64,000 bases of DNA, from assembly GCF_009834535.1 (NCBI RefSeq), contig NC_045696.1, positions 74,216,001 through 74,280,000 on the forward strand, written 5' to 3'. Made by a program: the position numbers and the translations under genes. The notes under the pieces were generated by a model. It did not search any database and was not told the DNA's origin. It worked only from the letters and a program-made list of their open reading frames with translations. Below, in pieces: positions 1 to 13,611 of this stretch (positions are counted from its first letter, which is position 1; every line of letters begins with the position of its first letter). Origin of the DNA: Camelus ferus (Eukaryota).

Positions 1-9
1 ACGTTTGGT

Positions 10-512
10 GACTGAGGCAAAAGACCTCAAGTGCCTACCCCAACATCCATCCTCCCTTTTTGACTTAGTAATAAAATCCCTCACTTGAACTGGAGACATG
101 GCCAGGTAAAATGACAACAACATTTTTCAGCCTTCCTTGCAAGTAGAATCCACCACCTGACTAAATTCAGGTTAACAGGATATAGATGAAAATGTTATAT
201 GACGGCATCTGAGAAATTGCCTTAAAAGATGGTTGGCAAGTGTATTATGTTCCTTTTTTTTTTTTCTTTCTATTCCTCCATCCTACTCCCTAGACCTCAG
301 AAGTGATGACTGGCCCTCTAGCAGTTGTATTGGGCTGTGAGAATGAAGGCCACACACTAAGGATAGCAGAGAACTCTGGAAGGAACCCATCCCCTTATCT
401 TCATGGACTCTTCTCACTTGTACTGTCTATCTCTGGACTTCCCTTATATGAGAGAACAAGACACTATTAAGTTGACTTTTTGGTCACATAATGCTGAAAC
501 TAACCCTGATAG
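10..512 (+). mobile_element. Ancient MaLR solo LTR (MLT1J/MLT1I-like)
   Basis: Diagnostic MLT1 blocks: 'tttcagccttccttgcaagtag', 'gaaggccacacactaaggatagcagag', 'ctggacttcccttatatgagagaa'. Highly diverged. Confidence 0.7.
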
Positions 513-1429
513 ACTATTATCACTATTTGGATTCCCCTCTTTGACTTTTCCTACTCTCATCTCAAAGGAATACTATCATCAGTTTGGTGCATAACTTTCC
601 ATACTTGTCCCATGGATTGATGTGCACCCACAGAAAAATACATAGGATTTCTTTTGGGGATTTTATGATTTCATTTTTTTTTCCTTACCAAAATGCCATC
701 ACAGTTTATATACTGTACATACTGTTCTGCTACTCAGTTTACTTAGTCTCATGTTTAGTACATTCTGAAGCATATGCTTTCAGATGTAAGACATGACATG
801 CAGCCTGAATTCAGCTCAGAATGTTCCTTCAGGGATGACTGCCTTCGTACATGAGTGTTAAAATAATTTTTAAAAATAATAACAACAACAACAACCACAA
901 CCATCTTACCAGCAAATGTCTGGAGAACATGATATGGCTTCTACTGGTAGAAGTGACTTTAGAAAAGTGGTCCTGTTAATACTTTAGCCTAGATTTGCCA
1001 AGTCATTTAAGATATTAGCTTAAGGGGGAAAGTCTGAATTGCGCCATATAAATGGAAATCAGGTTGGAAATAAAGTCTCCCATAGGGATGGGCCTTCTAT
1101 CCTAGAGGTTTAAGTTGGGAGTTTGCTGCTTTGAAGCAGTTACTTAAATTTTAGACTTCTGTGTCAGTGTGGTGCTTCATAGGAGAGAAGAGCAGCAAAT
1201 CTGCTGTGACAGGCACAAGTTTCTTGTGAGCCCTAAAAGGGGCATGTCCTCCTAGAGTTATTACAGTGGAAGCATTTCTCCCAACAAACTGATGTATTGC
1301 ATTTGATACGTAATTTTCAGATCATTATGTGGAAATAGCTAATGAAGCTTTTTTGTGACAGATTAAAGCTAACCCTCTTGATATTTTTGTTTCCCACAAA
1401 ATTTCATTGGAATTTCTGCAGAGTTCCAG

Positions 1430-1520
1430 AATCACAGGAACTCAGCACTAGGCTGCTACAGGGCTTGGCGCATTTAAGGTACTTAGTAAATGCTTTTTGA
1501 ATGAATGAATGATTGATTAA
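1430..1520 (+). mobile_element. L2 LINE 3' end
   Basis: 'gtacttagtaaatgctttttgaatgaatgaatga' is the typical L2 (TGAA)n tail. Confidence 0.65.
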
Positions 1521-2204
1521 TGGTGTAAACCCTCTCTTACAAGTATTTTTTCTTTTTCAGTTTGGTAGAATAAAGACATATTTTCTTCCTTCCCTGTGTT
1601 TTGAAATGAAACTTGAACTATTCTAAAACTGAATGATCATGCTTTCTTCACAAGACATAGATCAGGCTCATTGGCATTTACTTTTTCCACATGGAGACTT
1701 CCTGTCACATCAGAGAACATCAACAATTCCATTTCTGAGAATTGCTCAACCTGGTCATTAATAGTAAAAAGAGTACCTTTGTGCTAATAGAACCTCACTG
1801 GCAATTTGTCTTTTGTGTTGTAAAGAAACATAGAGCTTCTTTGCTAATGAATGAAAGTGTTCAGTAATTTGTGTAATACCGTGAAGCTTATGCACAGGTA
1901 AATTACATAAATGTGGCTCTGACGAGACCAATCCCACTTCTCCTTCAAGGTCTCGATCAGCTTTCACATTTTCTCTGGCTGGCTCCTGGATACTGACCTC
2001 TCCTCGACTGTCCCCTCACCACTAAGGATCAAGGGACAAATGCAGAATGCAATGGGGTGTCTCAGCCTGCATTAAAGGATGCTTTACAATTGTCTTAGCA
2101 CTTTAATGTTTACAAAGTACTTTTCCACACTCCATCCTCCTCCTGAGAACTACTCAAGAGGACATTGAGGCTTCCATCTTGGCAGCAGTAACGCTCCTAC
2201 TGCC

Positions 2205-2413
2205 TGAGGCAGGATCTCAACGCCATCACCTTGTAGGTATAACCTTGAGTAAATTTCTAAATTTCTTTAAATTCAGTTTCCAAATCTGTAAAAATGGGAG
2301 GGTGATAATAGTACAGAACTCAAACTTGCCAGAAGAATAAAAGTAGATAATCAACATAAAGCAAATAACACTGTCTAGCACATAGGAAAACATCCATGAA
2401 GGTTAACTATTAG
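2205..2413 (+). mobile_element. MIR SINE, flanked by opposite-strand MIR pieces (~2085-2155 and ~2420-2540)
   Basis: Core 'ccttgagtaaatttctaa...cagtttccaaatctgtaaaaatggg...gataatagtac'. Confidence 0.75.
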
Positions 2414-3339
2414 TATAATGATCTCCACTGTGAAGAACAAAAGCTGAGACTCAGGTTAATTACTTTGCCCCAGATTATACAGCCAGTACATGGTAGGGCC
2501 ACAACTCAAATGTGTGTCTAATTGAAACTAGAATCTAGTGAAATCCACCAGTGCCATTTCTCTGAGAATTAAAGTGCCATACCCTCGTTGTCAGCCTCTA
2601 CCCAGATGAACGTAATGAGCGCCCAGTAGACTAAAGGCTGCCCAATCCTCTGTCCAAGATCATGAAAAACCACCGAACAGGAGGGCATTTACTTTTGCTC
2701 TGTTAACTGAGGGATTTGGAAGTGGTCTTCTGATACTCCATTTCTAGGAGACTAAAGAACATGGGGAGCTGTTGGGTGCCTTGAGCACTTTGATGGCCTA
2801 ATGCGTGTGCAGTTTCTCAAATCTAAGCTCAGCCATACACCTCCTCCCTCCCACCAAGTGATCTCCCTCTAGCTTCCTCCTGTCCTAATGTCTTAGCCAC
2901 TTGGAACAGCTCTGCCTCCTCAGGAATGTGACACCAGGAGGAACTAGCCCTCTGGTCTGCCTACCAGCTGGGACGTACTAGAATCATTTATGACCCTGAA
3001 AAAAGTACAACTAATTCTTAGTTGTCATGTGCTAAACATTTATAGGTGCTCAGGCCCACTTCTGCATGGTTCCAAAGTGGGCACTCTTAGCTACTCCACT
3101 ACACTGTAAGAAGATTTAGGGACAGGAGCATAAAGTGGATTCTTGATCATGAAGCAGCTACACAGCAACTGGATTCATGATCACCACCTGAAAACTGGGG
3201 GTTCAAGATGTCATGAGAATGGGCTTCCAGCACTTTGTAATGCAGAAGCTCAATCCCAACCACAGAGGGGTTTGGGAATTGGTCCTGTGCACTGAGTTGA
3301 ATACCTCCTTATTTAATTATAAATATTATGCATAAATTA

Positions 3340-3803
3340 TTTTTAGATAGATAGCTAGATAGATGAATTTATTATAAGAAATTGGCTCATGTGATTATGG
3401 AAGCTGACAGGTTCTGAGATCTGTAGGTGAGCCAGGAGCTGCAGGGCCAGGAGAGCCAATGGTGTAGTTCCAGCTACGCCAGCAGTCTTGAGACTCAGGA
3501 AGGGCCACTGTTTCAGTTTTGAGTCCAAAGTCAGAAAAAAAGTGACCAATCCAGTTCAAAGGCAGTCAGACAGGAGGACATCTCTCTTATTTTAGGAAGT
3601 GTCAGCCTTTTTATTCTTTTCAGACCTGTCAATTGTTTGCATAAAACCTGCACACACTGGGTAGGGCAATCTGTTTTACTTGGTGTATTTAAATGTTAAT
3701 CTCATCCAAAAGCACCCTCACAGAAACACGCAGAATAATGTATGACCAAATATCTGGTCACCCTATGGCACAGTCAAGTTGACACATAAAATTAACCATC
3801 ATG
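3340..3803 (-). mobile_element. ERVL solo LTR (MLT2 family)
   Basis: 'ttattataagaaattggctcatgtgattatggaagctga' and terminal 'cagtcaagttgacacataaaattaaccatca' match the MLT2 reverse complement. Confidence 0.85.
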
Positions 3804-3954
3804 TTTGGGAAAAAGCAGGTGGTTCTCATTTGGAATTGTTTGCCTCTTCTGTTTCTTTCCTCATGGATGACCTCAAGCCAAGATGGGTTCCTTTGGGGTG
3901 GCTTTAATTGTTAAAACTTCTACACAGACCAAGGTAGCCTCTTTTTAGCCTTGA

Positions 3955-4050
3955 CAAGAGATGGAGACTCTGAGAATGTAAGTAATGTGCCAAGATTATA
4001 AAGGGTAGAGCCAGCACTTGAAACCAGTTCTGCCCAACTCCAAACTTCGC
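3955..4050 (-). mobile_element. MIR fragment
   Basis: 'gagactctgagaatgtaagtaatgtgccaagatt...gagccagcacttgaaaccag'. Confidence 0.55.
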
Positions 4051-4445
4051 TTCTTCCATTCTTCCCTTGAAGCATCTACTTACACTTCTCACAAGTTTCT
4101 ATTTCCTATTTAATCACTCAGTTAATACCTGCCTTGGAGAACTGGCCACTAACATCTTCTGAAGAAGTAGACTTTCTTTAGATTGTGAACCTACCTATTG
4201 CTGAACTGGGGTTGCCTTTCTTTTATTGGGACTTGACAGAATTATCAGCCTCTCCCTAGCCATGACTCCTCTTCCAGCTAGCTCTCTTTCTGTATCATCT
4301 CTACTGTCTGCAACCCAGACTACTGTACAGCCGGAGTTGTGCTGTATTATCCCAAGCCATCCTGAGAACTAAAACTAAGCATTGGTAAAGCCAGGAGTCA
4401 ACCCCAAGTTTTCATCTCTTAAGCCCAGTGCACCTTCCTCATGAC

Positions 4446-4686
4446 CAGGGATCTATCTGCACAGTGGGTATGTGCTCAGAATGATCCATTGAGGCTATAG
4501 CAACAAATTAACTGGAATGCCTATATTTTAACTTGTTATTTTAATTTTTATTTTATGCAAAATACATAATGCATCATGTTACAGTGATACATACATAATT
4601 TATAAGTATATACACATATTGGAGAGTGTTACTTTTTTCAATGGGTAGGGATGCATTATTTTTAAAAAAAAGATTTGGAGACTGCC
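4446..4686. mobile_element. hAT-Charlie MITE (MER113-like)
   Basis: 'gatccattgagg...catacataatttataagtatatacacatattgg...aaaaagatttggagactg' resembles MER113. Confidence 0.6.
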
Positions 4687-4689
4687 CTA

Positions 4690-4851
4690 CACTGGCATTT
4701 CATGAATGTTGATGTGCATATAAATCACCTGGGAAATTTGTTAAATGCAAGTTCAGGTTCAGCGTGTCTGATGTGGCTAAGACTCTGCATTTCTAACGAG
4801 CTCCCTGCTGATGTCTGTATTTTGGTCTGGGCCGCACTTTGAATAGCAAGG
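4690..4851. mobile_element. hAT-Charlie MITE (MER5B/MER5A-like)
   Basis: 'aatcacctgggaaatttgttaaatgca...ctctgcatttctaacgagctccc...gcactttgaatagcaagg'. Confidence 0.8.
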
Positions 4852-6229
4852 GTCTCCATATCACACTGCTCTTCTTGACATAGTGTTATGGGGCCACCAT
4901 AAGTTTTCAATGCACGACAGTAGATGAATGAGAACAAGTAAATCAAAGGTATATGTGCACAGAAATTATTTCAAAATTTTCAAAATGTTTCTTTTTTGAG
5001 AAAACCAGTACCAACATTTTAAAAATAACTATTAAGATTGATATGAAATCAGGTTAGGTATTATATTATTTTAATTCCATCCTTATGATAAATTGTGTTT
5101 CGTTTCAACCCTCATTGGGATAATATTCTAGATTAAAGAAAATAACAACAGCAAAGTGACTAAGTAATAAGTTTAATTTTGGACTCTGAAATAAACATTT
5201 CAGGAATTCCTTTCTCCTTTCTCCTTTCATCCCCAGCAGCTCTCTGGGGAGTATGTCAGCCTAGGAAGGCACATCCTTCCCATGGTATTACCCAAAGTCT
5301 ACCCTATCATTGCTAAATTGAGGCTTTCTCCCTGTGGGCTGGAGCGCTAAAGGGGGTAATGGATCTACTCATTGATTGGTAGCAGCTTCCTTCCAGCTGG
5401 TTCTAGCGAGTGAATGGGGTGGAGGCATTAAACTTAATGAGCACATAGGCTGTGGGTTGGGAGGGTTAGAAGGCAGCCAGAGGGCATATCCATCACCCTC
5501 CAGCTGCTGCGGTGCCAGGCAGAGGGATGGCTGGATGGAGACAGCAGTGCTGCATCAGGGGCCACTTGGGGCTATTTATGCCCAGACTTGGGGGGCCCTG
5601 GAGTCACTGTAGAATGTAGGAGCAGAGGGGCAAATGCCCTGTTGAAGCAGCAGTTAGCCTCTTACAAAGGACTTTCTTATTTGTCTCTCTCTCTTTTTTT
5701 AATTTTTAAATCTTCTTGGTACTTTATTTTGTAAGGAAACAATATGTTGTTTTTAAATGGCTGTTTTATTCTTGGGCAAGAAAGAAATTCATTTCAATGA
5801 ACTGAAGTGAAATATGTGTAAATGATCCTGTTTAGTAGCTGGAGGTATTTTAAGAGTCCAGAAATGGATGGTTTAGAGAGCAACAATGAAAATGAATTTT
5901 AAGGATGCTGTTAACTCTGAAAGCCCAGTTAACGTGTATTTTCTACTGACTGCATGGGAAAATTAAAAACACAGAAGTCTCTTTGGGAGTGAAAAATTCA
6001 CAACGGGAAGATGGGAACAAATATTTTCACCAAATTTTAAGCTCTTCTTCCCCACCCTTTATTGTAAATTTTTGTGTTCTCTAATGCATTTATATTTTAT
6101 AAGATGGACTTACGTTTTTTCTGTATTTGATTTACCATATTAAGTACATGTTATTGCAACTACCTAGTTTTTCATAGTTTCATTTTTCCAGATTTTTAGC
6201 AAGTAATTGTGAATTCCTTTGTATAATAT

Positions 6230-6320
6230 TTATTAAGCAATGTTCAAAATACTGTCTTCTAGGTTCTGAGAATACAGAAATGAATGAACTGTCACTACCT
6301 TCAAGAACCCATGATTTGAG
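6230..6320 (-). mobile_element. L2 fragment
   Basis: 'atttattaagc...ctaggttctgagaatacagaaatgaat'. Confidence 0.55.
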
Positions 6321-7259
6321 GGCCAAGTTTTCAAATATTTTTAAACAAAAATTTCTTTCTCTTGATCGTGGCTTCTTTTGTTCATATACTTTGTTTTACC
6401 TGTTTTGGCAGTTACTCCATTCTGTTCATCTGTTAGTTTATAGAAACTGTGGTAAGAACATGCACACACTCTTCTTTATAGTGTACTTCTTAGAACTGGC
6501 TCACCAACTCCTTCTTATGAAAGCAGCTGTGGCCCTGAGCTCGTATATTGGTGCTCTCCTCTGAGCCAATGACTTTGTTTTAGGCCAGGGTCTCAGAATG
6601 TACCTCTAGTGAAGTTGATGTTCTGAGCTCAGTCCCCTTGTGGGCCAGTTATCTTCACACGACTTGTGAGAAGCTCACACCCTGGTGTTTTGTGAGTGAT
6701 GTCTGTGAGTGTCTGCCATTGATTACAGGGCAAGCAAGTGAAAGAGTTGAGAGTATTAGCCCAAGTCCACCTTCACTGGTGGAAAGAACAACCAAAGCTC
6801 AGGTTTTGTCATCAGAGGAGTCTTTTTTAACCATGAGGCACTCTGCATAGCTTTTATGGCCCAGAATCAATGTTTTCTGGGTGAATAAATGAGCCTGTGC
6901 CGTGGTAGGGCCTAAGGGGGATGGGAAGTCTGTCCACATTAAAGGGAGAGAGGCCACCAGGGGTAGAACTCACACAAATGATTGCTTCCAATATGGGGCT
7001 TAGGAAACAAAGCGGCTTGCTAGCATCAGAGAACATGACCATGCCCTATCCACTCCCACTCCCAGGACACAGCACAGAAAGTTATAATGACAGCCCTGCG
7101 GGACCTTTTCATTGTCAGCCTTTGGGACCCGTGGTCACTTTCTCGTGCATCCAAAGCCTTAGACACAGGCCTGTCTCTGGGGTGGCAAAACTGGAATACT
7201 AGAGGGGCAGGTCTACAGATGAGCCCTGGTCTCTGCTCTCTGCTCCTCTCCCTCTTAAC

Positions 7260-7400
7260 ACATCTCACACTGTGTTGTTATTGTTTGTCTGTCTCTTTTC
7301 CCTTTTAAATTCTGAGCTCCTTGAGGACAACAACCCAGTAACTCCAGTGTCTGACCTGGTACTTAGTAGGCCTTCAGTAAATGTTTGTGGACTACATGGA
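7260..7400 (+). mobile_element. L2 3' fragment
   Basis: 'tgtctgtctcttttccc...tgagctccttgaggac...cttagtaggccttcagtaaatgtttg'. Confidence 0.6.
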
Positions 7401-7819
7401 GGCTGAACACGGACTCTGGGAAGTAAGGTGTTAGTTAGCTGGCCAAAGGCAGGCAAGGCTGGAAGTTCTCTAAAGATAGTGACGAATGCTAGAGAGGGCT
7501 TCAAGAAAGCCTCTAGAAAAAATAAAATCTGCAGTGAAGTGCATGTTGGAGGCTTGGAGGGAACCAATGGCAGCAGCAGAGCAGAGGAGAACTCTAGTTA
7601 GAGGGCAGGAAAGCCTCAAGCCCCCTGTAGTGGCTTCTGGGGTTGAAGTCAGCACTGAGTGGACTGAAGACCTCAGAAAGTGAGTGATGAGAGCCCAGAA
7701 ACCAGCAGCCAGAGTGACACTGCACAGTGGAGGAGTCCAAAACCCACTGGAATTATCCTTGCAGGAATGAATGGAACTCATATTGCTCAAATACTGAGAG
7801 AATCATGGGCCAGGGACTT

Positions 7820-8000
7820 TCACAAACAGAATCTCAATCAACCCTTCAATCAATTCAATGTGGTGGTATTTTTACACCCATTATGCAGATGAAAAAAACT
7901 GAAGCTCAGTAGCTTGCCCACATGCACAACTAGGAAGTATCAGGCCTGGGATATAAACTCAGATCATGTGACTCCACATTCAGTGTTGCTTTCACTGCAA
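7820..8000 (-). mobile_element. MIR
   Basis: 'cccattatgcagatgaaaaaaactgaagctcag...cttgcccacatgcacaactaggaagt'. Confidence 0.75.
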
Positions 8001-8867
8001 CACACATGCCTGGGTCAAGCCACCAGAGCCCCATCACATGGAGCAGAAGGTGGATGTCTCTGTCTCTGGGAACTGGACTTTGCATCTCAGCTTTAAAGAA
8101 CCTGATGTGGTTACTTATGGGTGTATCAGGCCACGTACTCTCAATGACCAGTGAGTAGTGGCTCAGGGCTCCACAAGGGGCTCATGTGTCAAAGAACATA
8201 TCTTTTGTCACCCATTGGCCAGTGGGGTTGAAGAGAAGTTACATTCACATAAAGAAGATAATAATTTTATTATACTGTATTATTATATATAATTATATAA
8301 TTTTATTATATTGTATTCTAAAATTTCTGTCAGTTTATATTGCATTATTTCTGTTAGCTTAAATTTATTTAGTTGACATTCTACCCTTCTGAATGTTAAC
8401 AATTCAGACTTAAACTGCTCAGTCCTCTATACTAATATCATCAGCTACAGACCTTTCCATTCATGTTATATTTGCCCCTTTAGCATAGAACAAGAACGAA
8501 AACATTGTTGCTTTAAAAATGAAAATCGATAATCCTCTTTTTCATTTCAAAATATACAGGGCACCCACTACTGTACAAAGGTTGGTTACTTAGAAATAAG
8601 AAGACATTAGTTTCTGTCTTCAAAGAGCTTACATGTAAACAGCAAGATGAGAACTAAATGCCTGTTAAGTAGGACTACAAATAATATGGCCATGACAGCT
8701 CAGGGAAACAGTTTATCCTAACAGTACCCTGAGAGCCAGGGCATAATAATGACTGTCATTTTAGTGGAAACTTGAACCCTGAAGAATGAGAAAGAGTTCA
8801 AGAGTTAGACAAGAAGAAACGGCTCTCCCATTGCCTTACTGTAAGGCCTTTACTGTTCTTTAGGCCA

Positions 8868-9215
8868 TAGTTCAGTGGTAGACTACCTGCATTTCCATCC
8901 TGGCTTCTGTCACTTCCTTTGAACAAGGCAATGATCTCTCTGTGCTTCAGTTTTCTCATCCACAAAAAGCTGATAATAACAGTTCCTACCTTTTTAAAGT
9001 TGTTATGAGGAACTAAATCCATCAATATATGCAAAAACTATTTGAAGCATTGCCTGATACACAGTGTTATATAAGTCTTAGCTACTGTTATTTTCAGTGC
9101 ATCTTAGTTTCCTTGTCTCTAAAACAGAGATAACAATATTGACCTTATCGATTTGTTGTCAGGATAAAGTGAGATAGTTCATGTTAAGAATCTGGCACAC
9201 AGTAAACATTAAACA
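8868..9215 (+). mobile_element. Two adjacent MIR copies
   Basis: 'ctctctgtgcttcagttttctcatc...gataataacagttcctacc' and 'cttagtttccttgtctctaaaacagagataacaat'. Confidence 0.75.
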
Positions 9216-11803
9216 TCAGCTTCCTTCCTACTTCCTTAAGAGAAAAAGTCATTTTCTCAATTCAAAACAGAAAATAATATGCATATGAAAAGTGTTAGCT
9301 TAAGGGTTGCCTTTTTGGCAATTGCCATGATGAAGCTTTAGAAATTTGTGAACATGCCAATAAAAGTATTGGCTCAAGTTTTGCTGGGAAATGTATTATT
9401 TATGCCCAAGTTCCAAAATTTATCAAGTTCCCAAAATTTACATGACAATTTTCATGATAGACTTAGCAAAGCCTTTTAAGAGGCTTATTTATGTCATCAT
9501 TTCAGAATAAAGCAATCCTATCAATATCTGTAAAGCTTTGCAGCACTCATTTCTTCCACCCACTCTAACAGCTTTAAAGTCTGTAAGCTTGTCAAGAAAC
9601 TTGTTTTTCATTTCACTTTAGAACTCTCTAAGCTAATGAATGAGAAGGCCTGCATTAAAGGGCATTTATAATAACAGTAATAAAACACTCATACAATTGG
9701 AGATAAACCAACTTTAAAAATGTGTTTTGGCTGTAAACTTACTCTTTCACATTAGCATATATTTTGAACAGGGGCCCCCACAAAGGCATGCAAATGTTTG
9801 AGTGTGGGCAGTAGCATATTTTAACTATTTTCTTAATACACTTTATTTTTTGAAGCAGTTTTAGTTTCACAGCAAAATTAAGCAGAAGATACAGGGATTT
9901 GCCATACATGCATAGCCTCCTTATTATTCACAGATCCCGCCAGAGTGGTACATTTACTACAGTTGATGAACCTACATTGACACATCAAAATCACCTAAGT
10001 TTGTAGTTTACATTAGGGTTCACTTTGGTGTTGTACATTCCTTGGAACGGGACAAATTTATAATGACATATATCCACCGTTTTAGAGTATTTCACTGCTG
10101 TAAGTATATTCTGTATTCTGCCTATTCATCCCTCCTCCTGGCCCAACCTCTGGCAACCGCTGATTTTTTACTGTCTCCTTACTTTTGTCTTGTCTGGAAT
10201 GTCATATCATTGTTGGAATCGTACAATATGTAGCCTTTTTAGACTGGCTTCTTTCACTTAATAATATGCCTTCAACATTCATCAGTATCTTTTCATGGCT
10301 TGAAAGCTCATTTCTTTTTAGCACTGAATAATATTCCATTGTCTTACACACCACAGTTTATTTATCCATTCACCACCTGAAGGACTTCTTAGTTGCTTCC
10401 AAGTTTTGTCCGTCATGAAGAAAGCTGCTGTAAATATCCATATATAGGTTTTTGTGTGGACATGTTTTCACTTCCTTTAGGTAAATACCAAGGACCGAAA
10501 TCGTGGAATCATTTGGTAAGGGTATATTTAGTTTTGTAAAAGCTACCAAACTGTCTTCCCAGGTGACTGTATCATTTTGCATTCTCACCAGCAGTGAATG
10601 ACAGTTCCTGTTAATTCACATCCCTGCCAGCAATTGGTATTTATCAGTGTTCCAGATTTTGGCTGCTTGATAGGTGTGTAGGGGTATCTTGTTTTTTCAA
10701 TTTGCATTTCCCTGATGACATATCATGTGGAGTATCTTTTCATACTTACTTACCATCTGTATGTCTTCCTTGATGAGGTGTCTGTTAAAGTCTTTGGCTC
10801 ACTTTTAATCAGGTTGGGTTTTTTATTGTTTGTCAATTTTATGATATTTTAGATAATAGTCCTTTTTCAGTTGTGTCTTTTGCAAATATTTTCTCTGAGT
10901 CTGTGGCTTGTCTTTTTATTCTCTTGAAAATGTCTTTTGCAGAACAGAAGTTTTTTTTTAAATTTTAACGAAGTCCAGTTTATCAAGTCTTTCTTTCATG
11001 AATTATGCCTTTGGTGTGTATCTAAAAAAGGCATCACCAAACCCTGGGTCATCTCAATTTTCTTATATGTTATCTTCTGGGAGTTTTATAGTTTTGAGTT
11101 TTAAGTTTATTTCTATGATCTGTTTTGAGTTAATTTTTGAGATGCATAAGGTTTGTGTCTAGATTTAATTTTTTGCATGTGATTGTCCAGAGAATCCAGC
11201 ACCATTTGTTGAAAAGACTATCTTTGTTCCATTGTATTGCCTTTGATCCTTCATCAGAGATCAGTTGGCTATATCTGTGTAGTCTATTTCTAAGCTCTGT
11301 AGTCTGTTCCATTGACCTATTTGTCTATTATTTCACCAATACCATGCTGTCTTGATGACTGTAGCTTTATAATTCTTAAAGTCAGGTAGTGTCAGTACTT
11401 CAGTACTTTGTTCTCCTCCTTCAATACTGTGTTGACTGTTCTGGGTCTTTTGCCTTTCCATATAAACTTTAGAATCAGTTTGTCAATATCCATAAACTAA
11501 CTCACTGAAATTTTGATGGGGATTATGTTGAATCTATAGATCAAGATGGGAAGAACTGACATGCTGACAATATTGAGTCTTCCTGTATATAGCAAAATAT
11601 CTCAACTTACTTACTTAGTTCTTCTTTGATTTCTTTCATCAGAGTTTTGTAGTTTTCTTCATATAGATCTTGCGTATATTTTGTTAGATTTATACCTGAG
11701 TATTTCTTTTGGGGGGGTGCTAATGTAAACGATATTTGTTTTTAATTTAAAATTCCACTTGTTTATTGCAGGTATATATGAAAATGATTCACTTTTGTAT
11801 AAT

Positions 11804-12269
11804 ATTTTTTCCATTTATTTATTGAAGTATAGTCAGTTTACAATGTAGTGTCAATTTCTGGTGTACAACGTAATGTCTTTCTTTCATGAATTATACACAC
11901 ATATATTCCTTTCACATTCTTTTTAATTATAGGTTACTACAAGATACTAAATATGGCTCCCTGTGATATATTTGTTGCTTATCTATTTTATATATAGTAG
12001 TTAGTATCTGCAAATCTCAAACTCCCAGTTTATCTCTTCCCACCCTCTTTCCCCCCGGTAACCATAAATTTGTTCTCTATGTCTGTGAGACTGTTTCTGT
12101 TTTGTACAAAAGTTCATTTGTGTATTTTTTTAAGATTCTACATAGAAGTGATATATGGTATTTTTCTTTCTCTTTCTGGTTTACTTCACTTAGAATGACA
12201 GTCTTCAAGTCCATCCATGTTGCAGCAAATGGCATTATTTTATTCTTTTTTATGGATGATTAGTATTCC

Positions 12270-12307
<38 letters not shown>

Positions 12308-12996
12308 CATACACATGCATATATATATACACACGCATATATATATATACACACACACATATACATACACGCATATACCACAACTTCTTTATCCAGCCAT
12401 CTGTTGATGGACATTTAGATTGTTTCCATGTCTTGGCTATTGTGTAAGTGCTGTTATGAACATTGGAGTGCATGTATCCTTTCGAATTAAAGCTTCCTCC
12501 AGATAGATGTCCAGGAGTGGGATTGCTGGATCATGTGGTTAGTCTATTTTTAGTTTTTTGAGGAATCTCATACTGTTTTCCATAATGGCTTGACCAAACT
12601 ACATTCCCACCAACAGTATAGGAAGGTTCCATTTTCTCCACACCCTTTCCAGCATTTATTGTCTATGGACTTTTTAATGATGTCCATTCTGACTGGTGTA
12701 AAGTGATATTTCATTGTAGTTTTGATTTGCATTTCTCTGATAGTTAGCGATACTGAGCAGTTTTTCATGTGTCTATTGGCTATTTGTATGTTTTCATTGG
12801 AAAATTGCTTTCTGTTGCCTGAGTAGACTGCCCTAGGAGAACATTGCTTTATGTCAGAAAATGTTTTGCCTAAGTTTTCTTCTAGGCGATTTATAGTATT
12901 TTGTCTTAAAAATGTTTAATTCTTTAAGCCATTTTGAGTTTATTTTTGTGTATGGTGTGAGGGAGTGTTCCAACTTCATTGATTTACATGTGGCTG
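11804..12996 (-). mobile_element. Younger lineage-specific (camelid-like) 5'-truncated L1 nested in the L1MC
   Basis: 3' end 'ttattgaagtatagtcagtttacaatg'. ORF2 C-terminal peptides at 12240-12473 and 12568-12768. TSD-like flanks ttgtataat (11795-11803) and ttgtatatt (12997-13005). Confidence 0.88.
12272..12378. repeat. (TG)n followed by mixed (TA)/(CA)n microsatellite
   Basis: Directly visible. Confidence 0.95.
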
Positions 12997-13611
12997 TTGT
13001 ATATTAATCCTGTGCCTTAAAACCTTGCTATAATCATTTATTATTTCCAGGAGTTTTTTTGTTAGTTCTGTCAAATTTTCTGTATAAACAATCATGTCAT
13101 CTACGAACAAAGACAGTTTTATTTTTTCCTTCCCAATTGGAATACCCTTTATTTCCTTTTCTTGTCTTGTTGCATTAACTAGGACATTCGGTACAATGTT
13201 AAAAAGAAGTGGTGAGATGGGACATCATTACTTTATTCCTCATCCTGGTGGAAAGGCTTCAGGTTTCTCACCATTGAATCTGATGTTAGCTATAGATTTT
13301 TTGTAGATATGCTTTATCAAATTAAGAAGTTCTCCTCTACTCCTAGTTTACTGAGAGCATTTATCATGAATGACTGGTGGATTTTGTCAGATGCTTTGTC
13401 CATATCTATTGATTTGATCATGCGATTTTTATTTGTAGCCTGCTGATGTGATATATTACAAAAAATGATTTTAGAATGTTGAACCAGCCTTGATACCTGG
13501 AATAAATTCTACTTGGTTGTGGTGTATAATTCTTTCTATGCATTGTTGGATTTGATTTGCTAATATTTTGCTGAGAATTTTTATGTTTATATTCATGAGA
13601 GCTATTGGTCT

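Noticed and set aside
1044..1055. Possible CArG box ccatataaatgg
   Set aside because: Eight A/T bases between CC and GG rather than six.
3144..3183. 10-bp inverted repeat tgatcatgaa/ttcatgatca
   Set aside because: One or two such stems are expected by chance in 64 kb, and the extension is poor.
6854..7912. Cluster of overlapping 60-106 aa ORFs on both strands
   Set aside because: No recognisable domain or exon structure. Expected from locally higher GC, and partly within L2/MIR.
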